Source: Takakia lepidozioides
Taxonomy: Eukaryota; Plantae; Bryophyta
Assembly (NCBI GenBank): GCA_030704615.1
Contig: CM060734.1
Coordinates: 15,438,001 to 15,502,000, forward strand
DNA length: 64,000 bases
Direction of reading: 5' to 3'
Shown piece after piece: positions 37,150 through 49,245 of this stretch. The notes below the pieces were generated by a model. The model saw only the letters and a program-made list of their open reading frames with translations, was not told the DNA's origin and made no database searches. Position 1 is the stretch's first letter; each line of letters begins with the position of its first letter. Position numbers and translations under genes: made by a program.

Positions 37150-38952
37150 GACAACAGCTGCTCAGTCACTCCCCCCCCCCACCCTTCTTTTTGTTTTTTT
37201 TCCCTTGTCTCTCCCTCTCTCTCCCTCTCTCCCTCTCCCTCTATAAATCTTTGGATTTCATCTGGCCTTAACCTTTTGAGGTATTTAGTTTTTCATCCCT
37301 GCCTTTTCATCCAAATCTGGATGATTTTATTTTATTGGATGATGAACTTAATATACAGAAAGCTAGAGTTACCATCTATTTTTTCATCTAAACTGGATGA
37401 TCTACATAAATAATGGTTACCTATTATAAAATCCAAGAGAATAATAAAACTACCATCATAAATGATGGCAGTTATTAAATCTAAACCTATACCATAACCC
37501 TAAGAGATACATTTCTATGGGATGTCATCCAGTGACAAAATGCCTATCTTGGTAAAATGTGATATTTCATCCAGCCTGGAGAAAAATCAGGAAGTTTTGC
37601 CCTAAGCAGGCCGACACTCTTCAAGCACTGACTCGTGCTTCAGTGAACCTTGATGATGCCGCGTATAAAGCTGCTCCCTGCTGCTACATGGTACTCGTGA
37701 TTGCTGGCTCTTGGGATGCGCAAGTGTGGTGGTTAAACAGATTCTTCTATGGCAGACGACAAAGCTGTGATTGCTCTGATCAGAACTCAGGGTTCTTTTA
37801 TTTGCAGCGGCGCTTTTACTCCTTGTTGGGATTTACTCTATCCCCATTTATCTACAGATTACTGTTGCTCTCTCTTCGTGTATGAGCCACTCTCTAGCTG
37901 TGAACGCTTCTACTCTGATTGCGTTCTGTTGGAGACAATCTGTTGGACGCCATGGCGCAGGGCATACACAAACACTCAAGGTTTTTTGAGTTTACCATTG
38001 CTTGAATTGGTGATCTGTACTTGCTTTAGAATTCAACACTGACATGGATAGCAACTGTGAAGACCTGACACTTACTGCTGCATCCTCACTAACACACATC
38101 GCTATGTGGGGTTTTTGGGACGGGCACAGTGTGAGGGTCTTCACTTGTCTTGATTTCTTGAAGCTTGCAGTTCTGTTCTTGCAAGTGTGGATTAAGCTGC
38201 TGCCTAAGCTGCTGATGCCATCTGCTGTTTCAAACTGCCACCATGCCGCTTCAGACCTGCTCCAAGATTGCTTCAATGAGGATCTGCTTCTCTCCTTACC
38301 CTGTTTACGGTTTTTACAACCACATTTGCATGTGTAGGAGTTTAGCTATGAAGGATACAAGATACAAAATAGCAGTTATTACTTTGACTGCCTTGATACT
38401 TGGCTCTGAAATGAGAACTCTTGGTATGACTCTGATGGATCAAAAGGATAGGCTTTGATAGATAACACACATTCTTCAAGGCCCTCATATCATTTGGTTT
38501 CATGGCTTGATAACAAACAGGGGTTTCTGAGCTGCTCTTTCACCTTGGCAGAACTAATTTTATGTGGCCTTAAAATACCATTCTAGGCCTATACCTGCTT
38601 AAGGGGGCTCTACATGTTGTTTCTTCTTCCTTTTAAGAATCTTGCTTATATCTTGGTTCTAAAACATCATCTTCAAACCAAACCTGAATCTGTTTTTGAA
38701 ATGAGTTTAAAATGGATTCTTGAGAGATGATGTGGTACTATGGTGCTTTCATGATATGAATGACCTGGAATCCCACCCTCCGCCCTGTTTTTTCAGAGAC
38801 GCTGATGAAATGTAATTGGGTATTCAAATGAGTTGTAAACATGAAAGAGAATGATAGATGGTGCCCTGTAAAGGGCTGTTTTGTCTTTCAATGACAATGA
38901 CCTTAGCGGTCTTGTCCATGTCTTGACATGACATGTATATCTTCCCTCTCTT
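37150..38952 (+). repeat. Unclassified repeat family, copy 3 (lacks ~760 bp present in copy 1)
   Basis: Matches 29930-31480, then jumps to the match of 32239-32512. Confidence 0.85.
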
Positions 38953-39384
38953 TTTTCACTCACCACAATAAAGAACTAACTAGAGAGGGAGAGGGAGAAA
39001 ACCTACCTCTGTTGCTGCGGCGCCGTGGCTACTGCAAAAGGGCGCGTCCCCCCCCCGCTTGCGGTGCTCTCTTCCCCCGCTCCCCCACGCCCCTCTCTCT
39101 CCTTCTGCTTCCTTTGCGGACGCCTCTCCACGGCGTTTCTGCAACACAGGGAGAGAGAGAGGTTAGCAAGAGAGAAAGAAAGAAAGAAATGAAGGAGGCA
39201 AAACAAACCTATGCGGCGCGCAGCAGCTTGGGCAAGTTCGTCTCCGCGTTGCGACCACCCGGGGCGACCTCTGTAGGTAAGCTTCCCCACCTTAAGCCCC
39301 ACAGTCCCACCTCTCTCTTTCCCAAAGAGCAACGAAAACGGGGGGGGGGGGGTTGTGTGCAGGTGCTTCAAGCACTAGGAAAAA

Positions 39385-39645
39385 CAAAATGGCGCGGCGC
39401 CGACGTGCCACGGCCCGGCCGTCGCACGGCTGGCGCCGCGCCACTATTTTTCAATTTGAAAATGGGGGTCGCCACGGCCGGCCGTCGCAACTTGCAACCC
39501 CCCTGTGTGGCAACAGCAAAAAAAACGCGTCGCAAGATGCGACGCCGCGGCGTGGCAATGAGCACGGCAGGGGTGGCAACCCCAACCTCCCCCTTGTTAG
39601 CTGGGCAACAGGGGGTTATTTTGTAGGTTTAGGGTTTAGGGCCTT
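39385..39645. repeat. CACTA-type subterminal repeat remnant followed by two TTTAGGG units
   Basis: GTCGC/GTGGC motif cluster like that at 26400-27150; TIR absent. Confidence 0.5.
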
Positions 39646-40188
39646 TTGGTGTTTTTAAGGTTTTTTTTTGTTTTTTTTGTTCCCTTATGGTTCTGGGCTA
39701 AGGTGTTTGTTTTTCTTTATGGTGCTAGGTTTGGTTGTGGGTCTTCGGGTTCAAAGGATAAACGGTGTGTAATTAGGATTCACACATCCAAAAGAAAAGT
39801 GGTTCAATCTGATAAGCGCAAAGCGCTGGGTCTTAGTAAATTTTTCCATGATGTGGGTAACCTGAAGACAGAACTTGAGGAAGGATTTATTGTCTTGGGT
39901 TCTCTCACCAGAGGGATGATTCGCCTTTGTTTATCAATTTTGAAATTCCTGAGGCTGAGGCAAAGGCTCAGGCCCTTGGGCAATGTGGGACTGGTCTTTT
40001 TGGTTTTTTCTTTATCTTTACAGTTTTTTTTTTATATTGGGTTTTGGAGTTTGAATTTGTGAGGGTCTACGGCCTCCTGGCGTTGGGGCGTAGCGACCCT
40101 TTGCTGTTGTAGGGTGGAAAAAGGACATAGGGTTTTTTCTGCCAACGAGTTTTGAGAAATGAAAGTGGGGGTGGTGTGTGTTATTAGG

Positions 40189-40485
40189 ATGCGATGGTGA
40201 GGGAAACATCGACCCGTCTCCCTCGAGGAGGGCAGGCGGGCCACAGATCGAATGGGGCCCAATTCCAACCGTGTTTTCTAGTCAGGAGCAACCCGTTACA
40301 CCTGATCCAATACAGGCTGGCGGACACAATCGTAGAAGGGACCGGGGTCAAATTTCAGGTGATACGGAGGATGTTGACACTCCGGGATCGAGTCGGGCGC
40401 GCCGCGGGTTGCCCCCTCGCGGACCACCCAGTGGTGAGAGCCCCCTGCTAGTCCAGAGCACAACGCCCACGCACGTCAACTTGGA

Positions 40486-40518
<33 letters not shown>

Positions 40519-41978
40519 ACAGGATTGAGTGTTGGTGCACTAAGTGTTGGGCACGGATACCGACAGGCGGCAACAGACCACCGAGGCGGCGACCGCATAT
40601 TGTCGAAAAACATTACGCGAGGAACTTGATTGTGGATGCAACAAAGGTGAGTCTTTTTCCACCCCCTCTCCTTAACCTTCATTCATAGTACATTTGGTAT
40701 ATCTAATAAATATAGTATGATGGTAAGCATACATGAAACCAAATTACGATATAAGTATTGATGTGTCCTATACTATGTATATTGCAGCCACGACTTGATA
40801 CCCAAGCTTGCAATCACATTGCACATGAGGCATTTCGCGCCGGTCTGCTTGCAGAATTTGTGCCAGAGCCTGTGCCCGATGTGACCAGTTGGTTCCCCTA
40901 GCAGTACCACATAGATGAGATGCGTAGGGTCGAGGGGTATCGTAGGTGTCGCAGGCGTTATGGCCGGCGGCGAGCAGGCCCACCCCCTCCTCCGGTTTCC
41001 TCAGGCGGTCCCCCTGATCCAGTGTCCTCATCTGATGATTCTCCACGCCGTACATGCAGTAGCAGCTTGCAGGCCGATGTTGCCCCCCCCCCCCCGTCTG
41101 TTTCTTTGCCTGATCCGACGGTGTACCCCCGGCTGGCTCCGGCATTACATCCTCAACCACCTCCACTTTCATCTCTCCGCCAGTTACCACCTCCACCTCT
41201 ACCTCCCCCTCCCCGTGCATGTGCCCCCAAAACCCCTATGAGGGGTCAGCTTCGCCCTAGGTTTCATTCCCTTCGGCTTGGGCGGCCTGAGCCGGATCCT
41301 CGCCCCCGATGGGAAGCGCATAGGACTATGTTACTAAGGACCGTCCAACCTCGTTGTTGGGGGAATCATCTCGACCCTCCTACCCCCATCCGAGAGAAAT
41401 GTGGAGTTTCGAGTATTGGGATAGACTGTATGTATGTTGTGAGAGTCGCTTACGACCTGCTATGGGTCGGGGTTTATTCATGATCAATGATATTGTGGTT
41501 CCTCTTCAGGAAGAAATAGCATGGTGGATTGTTTCCTACTGGGTTCCATACTACACCTTCGAGGAGTTCCGTACATTACGCCTCGAAGCCCCATACATCC
41601 TACCTTACATTTTGTGTGTCAATGGACAGGACGTATGTAGACGGGGGTTGTCTCCCATTGAGATCAGATTTTGTGATGGTGACCCCGATATCTTCGGCAA
41701 TGTTGTTGGGCTCATCAACAGTTCTTTTGGTCATCCTAGGAGAACCAATGTAGTATGGGACGAGTGAAGCGATGGGCATGAGAGCTTTTGTGGTCATATG
41801 TCGGTATATTGTGAAGGGATGCACATGTGCTAGTAGGACTATTAGGGCTGGCAGCGATCTATTTGCCTCATACGAGTTCTCCCGGGATGATTGGGACCTC
41901 CGGTTACAGCATGAGTGGGATGTGTATGATAGAAATAGGGTTCCTTTGAGACACGAATCGCGTAGAGGGGCATTGTAG
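40189..41978 (+). pseudogene. Proline-rich ORF ending in a SET domain (protein lysine methyltransferase-like); stops and frameshifts
   Basis: MGRGLF, DGDPDIFGNVVGLINSS...TNV and ASRTIRAGSDLFASY match SET motifs GxG, RFINHS and ELxxDY; probable intron 40647-40787. Confidence 0.7.
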
Positions 41979-42941
41979 ATATTCTCATGATGTACTTTGT
42001 ATACATCCGATTAATCGATTAATGTAAATATTTTCTTGTACTCGTGTGGGGTTGCAACTTTGCATATGTGATCTGAACATACTTATGCACATGTGGACCA
42101 ATATGAGCTTGAACCAAGTTCATTCAATGGGTCATTCTAGTGTTGAACGCAACTACGTGTCGTAGAGACGGAAAATTGCGTTTCGTCTACACATGATTTT
42201 TTTTTTATTCCATTTTCAAGCGATATGCTTAATGACAGCATATGCAATGTGCGTGCAAAATTTGGGAGTAAACAAAAGTCATTTGGACCCATATTTGGTT
42301 CTCTCATTTGCACTCCAAAGTTGAGTTATCTTCAACTTCATGCACTCTTCATAAAGAGCTGCAAAAGTGACCCTAGAAACACACTTTTTTTTTGTCCAAT
42401 TTTTTGCATGGATGTAGTGGTGCAAACCCTGATGTACAGAACAATAGAGCCAAAAAATAAAATCATTACGCCCCTCAAAACCGCAATCCTATATTTCTAA
42501 ATGCAAATATTCATTTTAATTCTTTTAAATTCGATTAATTCAAATTGGGTTCAAGGGTGAGTGAGTGCGTCGTTGGGTAGGCAAATGTTTTTTTTTTTGC
42601 TGGATCTTTGCATAGGTGTTGCACACATATTTAAGCACATGTGGGAAAAAGTGAAGCTTGAGCCACATCCGTTTGATGGGTGCAATGGCATGAGAGGATT
42701 TTCTTTCACATTAATAAACAAAAATTGGTTGATAGGGTGTACGCGTCCTTGGGGGGGCAAATGATTTTGTTTGGGTTTGAAACTTTGCATGCGTGACGTT
42801 GCGCATATTTATTGTAATTATGAATGACATATTTGATGCATGCACCACATTGAAGGTTGTTGTTTGCATTTGCTTATAATAAGTTGTATGGTTGCAATGA
42901 CACATTATAATATATGTCTGTATGTTCATTTGTTCGTATCA

Positions 42942-43312
42942 GGACTTTGTCCATCCATCCCTTCCCGGTGCCTTCTTAGGGGACCCCATCCGAAAACAAC
43001 CCAAGTACATTAGGTGGGAGCCGTGGGCGAGGCGCCGCCCCCACCGTTGATCAAGTACCGAACGATGATGACGATGACAGTGACATTGATAACAGCAATG
43101 AGGATGGAATTAACCAGGAGGATGTGCAAGCTATGGAGGATCTCTTAATGCATCATATAGGCGCTGATGCAACCCATGGAGAAGAAACCAGGCCAATTGC
43201 TGATCCTGAAATGGGCCCCTCAAATGACATGGAGAGGGAGGCGAGAACTCCCTTGTACGAAGGGGTGAAAGTGAGTCGACTTTCAACAATCTTACTATTG
43301 CTCAATCTTCAA
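42942..43312 (+). pseudogene. CACTA transposase N-terminal fragment
   Basis: EREARTPLYEGVKVSRLSTILLLLNLQ; same sequence as 51800-51890. Confidence 0.8.
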
Positions 43313-46070
43313 GTTCGAGACTTGTGTGAGGCTGTGACTGCCGCATCATGAGTGCTCATGAAGGCCTGTGCTCGCAACTCATGATGACCTGTGCTCCCAC
43401 CACTATGAGGGCTCCTGGCGGTTCATGTGTCCGCAACACCATAAGTTGTGATAGCTCACGGCAGCAAAGTCGTGAAGTGTCATGACTTGCACAAAATTAA
43501 GGGTACCCACAAGACCCTGTAATCCGTCTAAGTGTCCGGCAGCCCTGTAACCTTAACCCCTCCCCTCTCAAAAAGCCGTGCCCTCACGGTTCACTTCTTA
43601 TGTGTAGGATGCTTGTGTGAACGAGTACCTGAATGGTCCCTGGACCTGTGAGAGTCTCTGTGAGGGCTATGTGTGTGAGATTTGTGCTGGTCTTTAGCTG
43701 GTGGAGAGGTCTGCCTGCTCGCTGAAGCAGACTGTGCCGTTTGATTGCTGACTAGAGCAGACCGTTCTTCTGGTCTGACATAAGGTGGAAGTCTCTCTGG
43801 TAAAGGAGATCCTTGCCTTTTCTTATCTGCCATGCCCCGTTCATAGTCTTCTGCCATGTCAAATGTGATCTCATCACAAGAAACAGTAGTATTAGACTCG
43901 TTGTCCCTGCGCTGGCCCTTCAAGCTCTTGACTTTTGTGGCGGGTAGCCCCCCACTGCCGACCATGTCTGGTACATGATGGTGCAAGACTTGCTGGACCT
44001 TGTGCCTGGCTAGCGAAGTGTAAGCCTTGAGGTCTGTGTCTGTGTAATGGGGTGGCTTGCCCATGTGATCGGAATGCTCAAGCCATTTCCTGGCTTCATG
44101 CCCCTTGGCGAAAATGTGGTGATGATCCCAGACTATGTTTCTCAATTGTGTCTAAGCATAAATGAACCATTGTCTGAGCCTCTGATCATGCTGAAGCATG
44201 GTACGCACATCCTTATATGGTTGAGTTAGAATTGGAGGTAAATTTCAGTGATTTCTAGTGGAACAAGTTATGTACCTCTGTTGCATTCTCTGGCGCTCAA
44301 ATTGATAACGAAGCACAAAACAAGCAGCATAGTAAGTGCCACAGCCCATAACAATACTGGCTACTTCCTTAGTTTTAGTGGATATAAAAACCATAAGTAC
44401 CTAGAAAGCCAGAAGCTCCTTGAGCAGATAATTTGCCTCATTCCAACACCGGGCAAAGTGGTGATCCTCAATAGGCTTATCTAACTCAAAGATTTGAGTC
44501 AGAGTTGTCAATGGCAACCAGTGGCGCATAAGATGGTAATGATGTCCTAGTGACTCCGTAGGAGTCAAGTGCTTCCATATCAGATCCATGACATGGGGAA
44601 TTTGGGTGTAAGACAACTTTACTGCATCAATATAGGAATGCTCAGCAAGAGTGCAGGGTTCATTGGCAGAAGGATCTGTCCAGATATTAGGGTGTGTTTG
44701 TGTTACCAGAGATATTGTATCCATGATGTCTTCATGAGGGGGCTATTGGTGGGCTGGTGCAGTCTCTCCTGGTGCCACCATGACCTGCGCCTCCTCTGCT
44801 AGAATGGGAAAGGCCAAAGCCTTTGCTTGCAAGAAAGTGGCCATCAACTGTTCCTCAGGAACAAACTGTTTGTTATCAATGTTGGAGCTTAATTTCTCCA
44901 CTTGATTTTGGAGGTTACCAACCTCCTCCTACAATTCTGCCACTTCACCATGACAATTATTATTGTTGTCATTGCAACTTTTTGAATCTGCTCCCTAAAA
45001 TCTTGGATTTCTTTCGTGCTCAACTTCCTTGGAACCTTGCCCACTGTTGGTCCTCCTTTCAACCAGAGCTGCAAAATGTCCTGATCCACCAACTGTTGAG
45101 TGGAAGTTCTGAGAGCTTGCTCCTCTCTGAGCTTGTAAGCTTCATTTTGTTGTTCCAACTTCTCTACACTCCTCTGATAGGGGTCCTTGAAGGCTGCAAA
45201 GGCAGCCATCATATTATTGGCTTCCTTCCACGCTCTTTCAGTTACAGAGAATTCATTGTCCGACACTTTGACCCTTTGGTGCAACTCTATAAGTTGCTGG
45301 TCCTTCTGTTCATTGTGGAGCTTCAGCTCCTGGATGGTACTGTCATTGCGACAAATAGTATTCTTCATGTCCGCAATGAGTTCTCCCTGCTCTAGGCTCC
45401 TGCCTCTACCCATGCACACAGCCCATATTTCTTCTTGATTTCCTCATCAACTTGTTCTAACTTGGCCATCAGTGTGGCAGATTGCATGACAAGTTTCTGG
45501 TTGGTTGCTGCCAACCCAGCATTAATGACTTGCAGTGATGCAAGAGTCTTCTCATGCTTGACTTACAATTGGTAAAGCTGTTGTTTATGAGCATCTTGTA
45601 GTTGTTCCTGCTCAAGGCCTGCCTTGATTAAATTCTCTTTTTCAAGCTGCAGGGCAACATTAGACTCATCTAAGGATTGTTGTAGTTTGAGACTTGTCTC
45701 AACATCTACTCTGGTTGCCCACTCAGATAGAAGTCTAGCCTCAAACTCCTGTTTGAACACTTCTCTCAGGGCTACTAATTGCTCCACATGAACATGAGTT
45801 TTAAATAAGATCCCTAGTAAATTGAGGGTTCTGTTCACGTAACCCAAAAGCATGGCCTCCACTTGACTGTGCACTTGCACACCATCAAGTCTGAAGGCAC
45901 TGCTGCACCTTGGCCCTTCTTTTCTCCATCTACCACCTCCACTATAGGCCTTACTGCCTTCTCCACAGTCATGTTATCTATGGGCAGTTGTGGGATCTGT
46001 ATGACTGGTTGAGGCTTGAGGATTGAGGCTTGTGGTTGAGGCTGCTCCCCCCTGGAGTTATCCTGCTCTC
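43313..46070 (-). mobile_element. LTR retrotransposon 3' remnant: decayed coiled-coil accessory ORF, PPT, truncated 3' LTR
   Basis: PPT GAGAGGGGAGGGG (43557-43569, minus) just before the LTR start (~43551); ORF fragments 45563..45880, 44889..45419, 44401..44724 and 43591..44145 lie on the same strand. Confidence 0.6.
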
Positions 46071-46578
46071 ACTATGCTTGCTTCTAATACTACAGAGCCA
46101 CAAGCTCAACCCTTTAGGACCTAGCTCCCTCAAGCAAAAATGGGGCTAGATTCCAACTCTAGCTCCTATGAAATAAACAAGCAACAAACAAGCAAAAGGA
46201 AAGCACAAGTGAGAAGCAAGGGGGGCTTGCCTCTCTTATATACTACTTTGGTCCTAATAAAATAATAGAAAAATACTCATTAAAATAATGAGTAATACTA
46301 ATAGTTTAGTCAAATCTATTGGGCTCATTCATGAGGATCCTATTTGATCGACGGTCACGATCGCTTCTCCCAATTGTTTAAAAAGATTGTATTTTAATCC
46401 AGTCTATTGGAAAACTTGTTGACCAAGCAAGAACAAGTAATAAAATATGAGCCCTGGATGGATTTCATCCAACAAATAGATTTTTCATTCACTAGAACGG
46501 ATTTCATCCAGTAGATAAATTTCATCCAATAGGATGAATAGTTGTTGGATTGCTCTCGTACTCTTGCTTAATCAACCT

Positions 46579-47180
46579 CTACACAGTCTCAAGACTTCCC
46601 CTGTAATCCCCCTTCGAGACAGGATGGTTGTGAAAACCGAAGTGTACATAAGCTCTTGTCATTGTTTTTAAACAGTGGACCACGTAGTACATTCGTGCAC
46701 CACACACTGCCAGGCAGGATGGGACAAGCCTGTAGAACTTGCAAATGAAAGTGTCTGTCGGAGGAGGAGCAGCCCTAGGCTTGAATGGATTTTCGGCCAT
46801 ACCCTCCTACTCGCTTTGGTTCTAAACCCCCGACTGAAGAAAGTGCCAACAATGGAAATTTTCGCACCTCAGGTGTCCATTGCATACCGTTCTCCTGAAA
46901 ATGAGGTTGTTGTGATTTTGAATATTCGATGTTTTCGTTCTACACCATGGGTGTCCATCATGTTTCTTGTCCATCCCTTGCATCAGGCTTGCTATACCTC
47001 CAACTCGCCCAGGTGGAGGCAGCTCAAAGAGGATATCCCCATCAAATGTCTCCGACAAAACTTCACAGGCACAATATTGAAAGTGTCCCATTGAACTCCC
47101 CGCAACTCACTTTTGAAACCGGCCATCCCTCCCATTGACTTCAGTTTTGGCACTACAACAAATGGGAGGGGTTTGCAATG
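46579..47180 (-). pseudogene. GCM/WRKY-fold zinc-binding domain fragment, probably a transposase N-terminus
   Basis: DGHPWCRTKTSNI...FRRTVCNGHLRCENFHC...C...CGARMYYV...HFGFHNHPV. Confidence 0.6.
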
Positions 47181-48423
47181 CCAGCCGCGCCCCCACGCCC
47201 CGCTCGGTGCTGAGCGTGCGACGCCAACCCCGCGGCGCCTTTTTGCAACGCTGGGGCATCGCAAACAGACCCCACGCGTCACAACCTAGCGCTGGGGCCA
47301 AGCTGCGATGCTAGGACGTCGCAAGGTTGCATGAAGGGCAAAAGGCAGCCGTTCCTTGCGATGCCGAAGCTTCGCCCCCCAGCGCCGGGGCCAGTCTTGG
47401 ATATACGATGGCATGAAGGGCAATAAGGCAGCCCTTCCTTGCGACGCCAAGACGTCGCAAGAGGAACAACCCCTCCTTGCGACGCCCGGCCGTCACACAA
47501 TGGCATGAAGAGCAAAAAGGCCACTGCGATGGCAGGGCGTCGCAAGGGGGGTTTTGCGACGGATGGGGGTCGTAAATAGGGGCCGCATTTTTCTTTTAGT
47601 TAAGGGGCAGGGAGAAGAGGTGGGGACGGGGGATGGGACTCTGGGGGGGGACCCACCTCTCTGTTTCTCTTTCTTTGCCCCCCCCCCCCTCTCTCTCTCT
47701 CTCTCCTTCTCTCTCCCTCTCTTTTGTGCTGCTCATCAAAAACAAAAAAACCAGATCTTGTAGATTATGACCTTCATCGAGACCGTGATGGACATGTAAT
47801 GGGTGGACTTTCTTGGATACCCCAGTAATATTTCCACCTCCATATGATTTACATAGCGCAGAGTCTTGGTGCCAATTTGCATCACCTGCTCCAGTTGCAC
47901 GTTGTTGCCTTTGTAGGAGTTGTTTGACATAATCACCTAAGTCGTAGCAGGCATCCATGATCAGGAGACAACGTTGACATCTAGATACATCAGATAACTT
48001 CTAGAGAATCTCGGTGAGTCTTATCTCGAGTGACATGATCCCCACCCAAAAGTGGTCATGTGTGCTTTAAATTGACAATCCTTTCGAAGTTTGAAAGGAT
48101 CTAGTAAACATGTGGTTTCACTGGTCAATCTGTCCAAAATGATCAGGCTATATTGTCCTTTATTGTTTTGACAAGACAAACCCGATCTCTCTCCCTCTCC
48201 CTCTCTCCTGGTGGGGGCGCTAGGCCATCGAACTTTGAAAAACCGTCTTAAGGAAGAAGTGAGAACAAACTTTGTCGTCTCTTCCGTCAAACCATTCTCT
48301 TCTTCAAAAGCAAAGTCCATTGTCACTTTCATTGCAACAGTCTCTGTCATCACAACATTCTCTTCTTCAAAAGAAATGTCTAATTCAACTTTCGTTGCAA
48401 CAAGCTCCTCTTGGTGTTGTTGC

Positions 48424-48551
48424 AATGTACCATGGTCTGAGGGTGTATGCACTGCAGCTTTTTGTTGTTGTAGTAATGTACCATGGTCTGAGGGTGTGTG
48501 CACTGCAGCTTTTTGTTGTTGTAGTAATGTACCATGGTCTGAGGGTGTGTG
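48424..48551. repeat. 51-bp tandem repeat (~2.5 copies)
   Basis: AATGTACCATGGTCTGAGGGTGT at 48424, 48475 and 48526. Confidence 0.9.
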
Positions 48552-49245
48552 TAGTGTATTGTTGTGGACCTTCTTGTAGATTATGACATTCATTTTGATA
48601 ATTCTCTTGACAAGACATTTGTATGCATTGCTCCAACATATTCATTGTCTCTGCCTTCTTTCTTGAAAGACTACCAGCCACAGCCATTGATAAATCATAG
48701 AAATAAGCTACAATATGTATGTACATGTACAATCAATCAAAGGGATGGGTACAGTTCGGTGCAAGAATTATTATGTAGCTTTGATTACGTGTCTAATCAA
48801 CTTGAACATCATCATCCAGAGCTTCTTTATCCTCATCAAGCTACAAGTCTTCTTAGTCATCGGAGTCATCGTCATAAATGGCCCAACTCTCAAAAGGCAC
48901 CTCCGAATTATCCTCCACCTCGTTTTCAATGGCCGTGTCTTCATCTCCTTCTCCAACATCCGTATCTTCTGGAGCTTCATCATATAGGGTCCGGGGGATG
49001 CATTCTTCGGGGCGTCATCATCCTCTTCTACCCCCTCTACCCAACCTCCATCATCAGCATCATTATGACCAGTCTCGACAACCAGCATGTAGCCTAGTGG
49101 TAATGGACACATACCACGTTGGATGTGGTTGTGGGTTCAAACCACGGTGTGTCATGAAGGTATCCATCTTTCAGCTGGAAGGCAGTAGCCCTTGTGGTGA
49201 AGTGACACCATAAGTTACGCTCCCTTTGGGAGGCGTCATACTTAC

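Noticed and set aside
39626-39642. Interstitial telomere
   Set aside because: Only two TTTAGGG units; a common telobox-like motif
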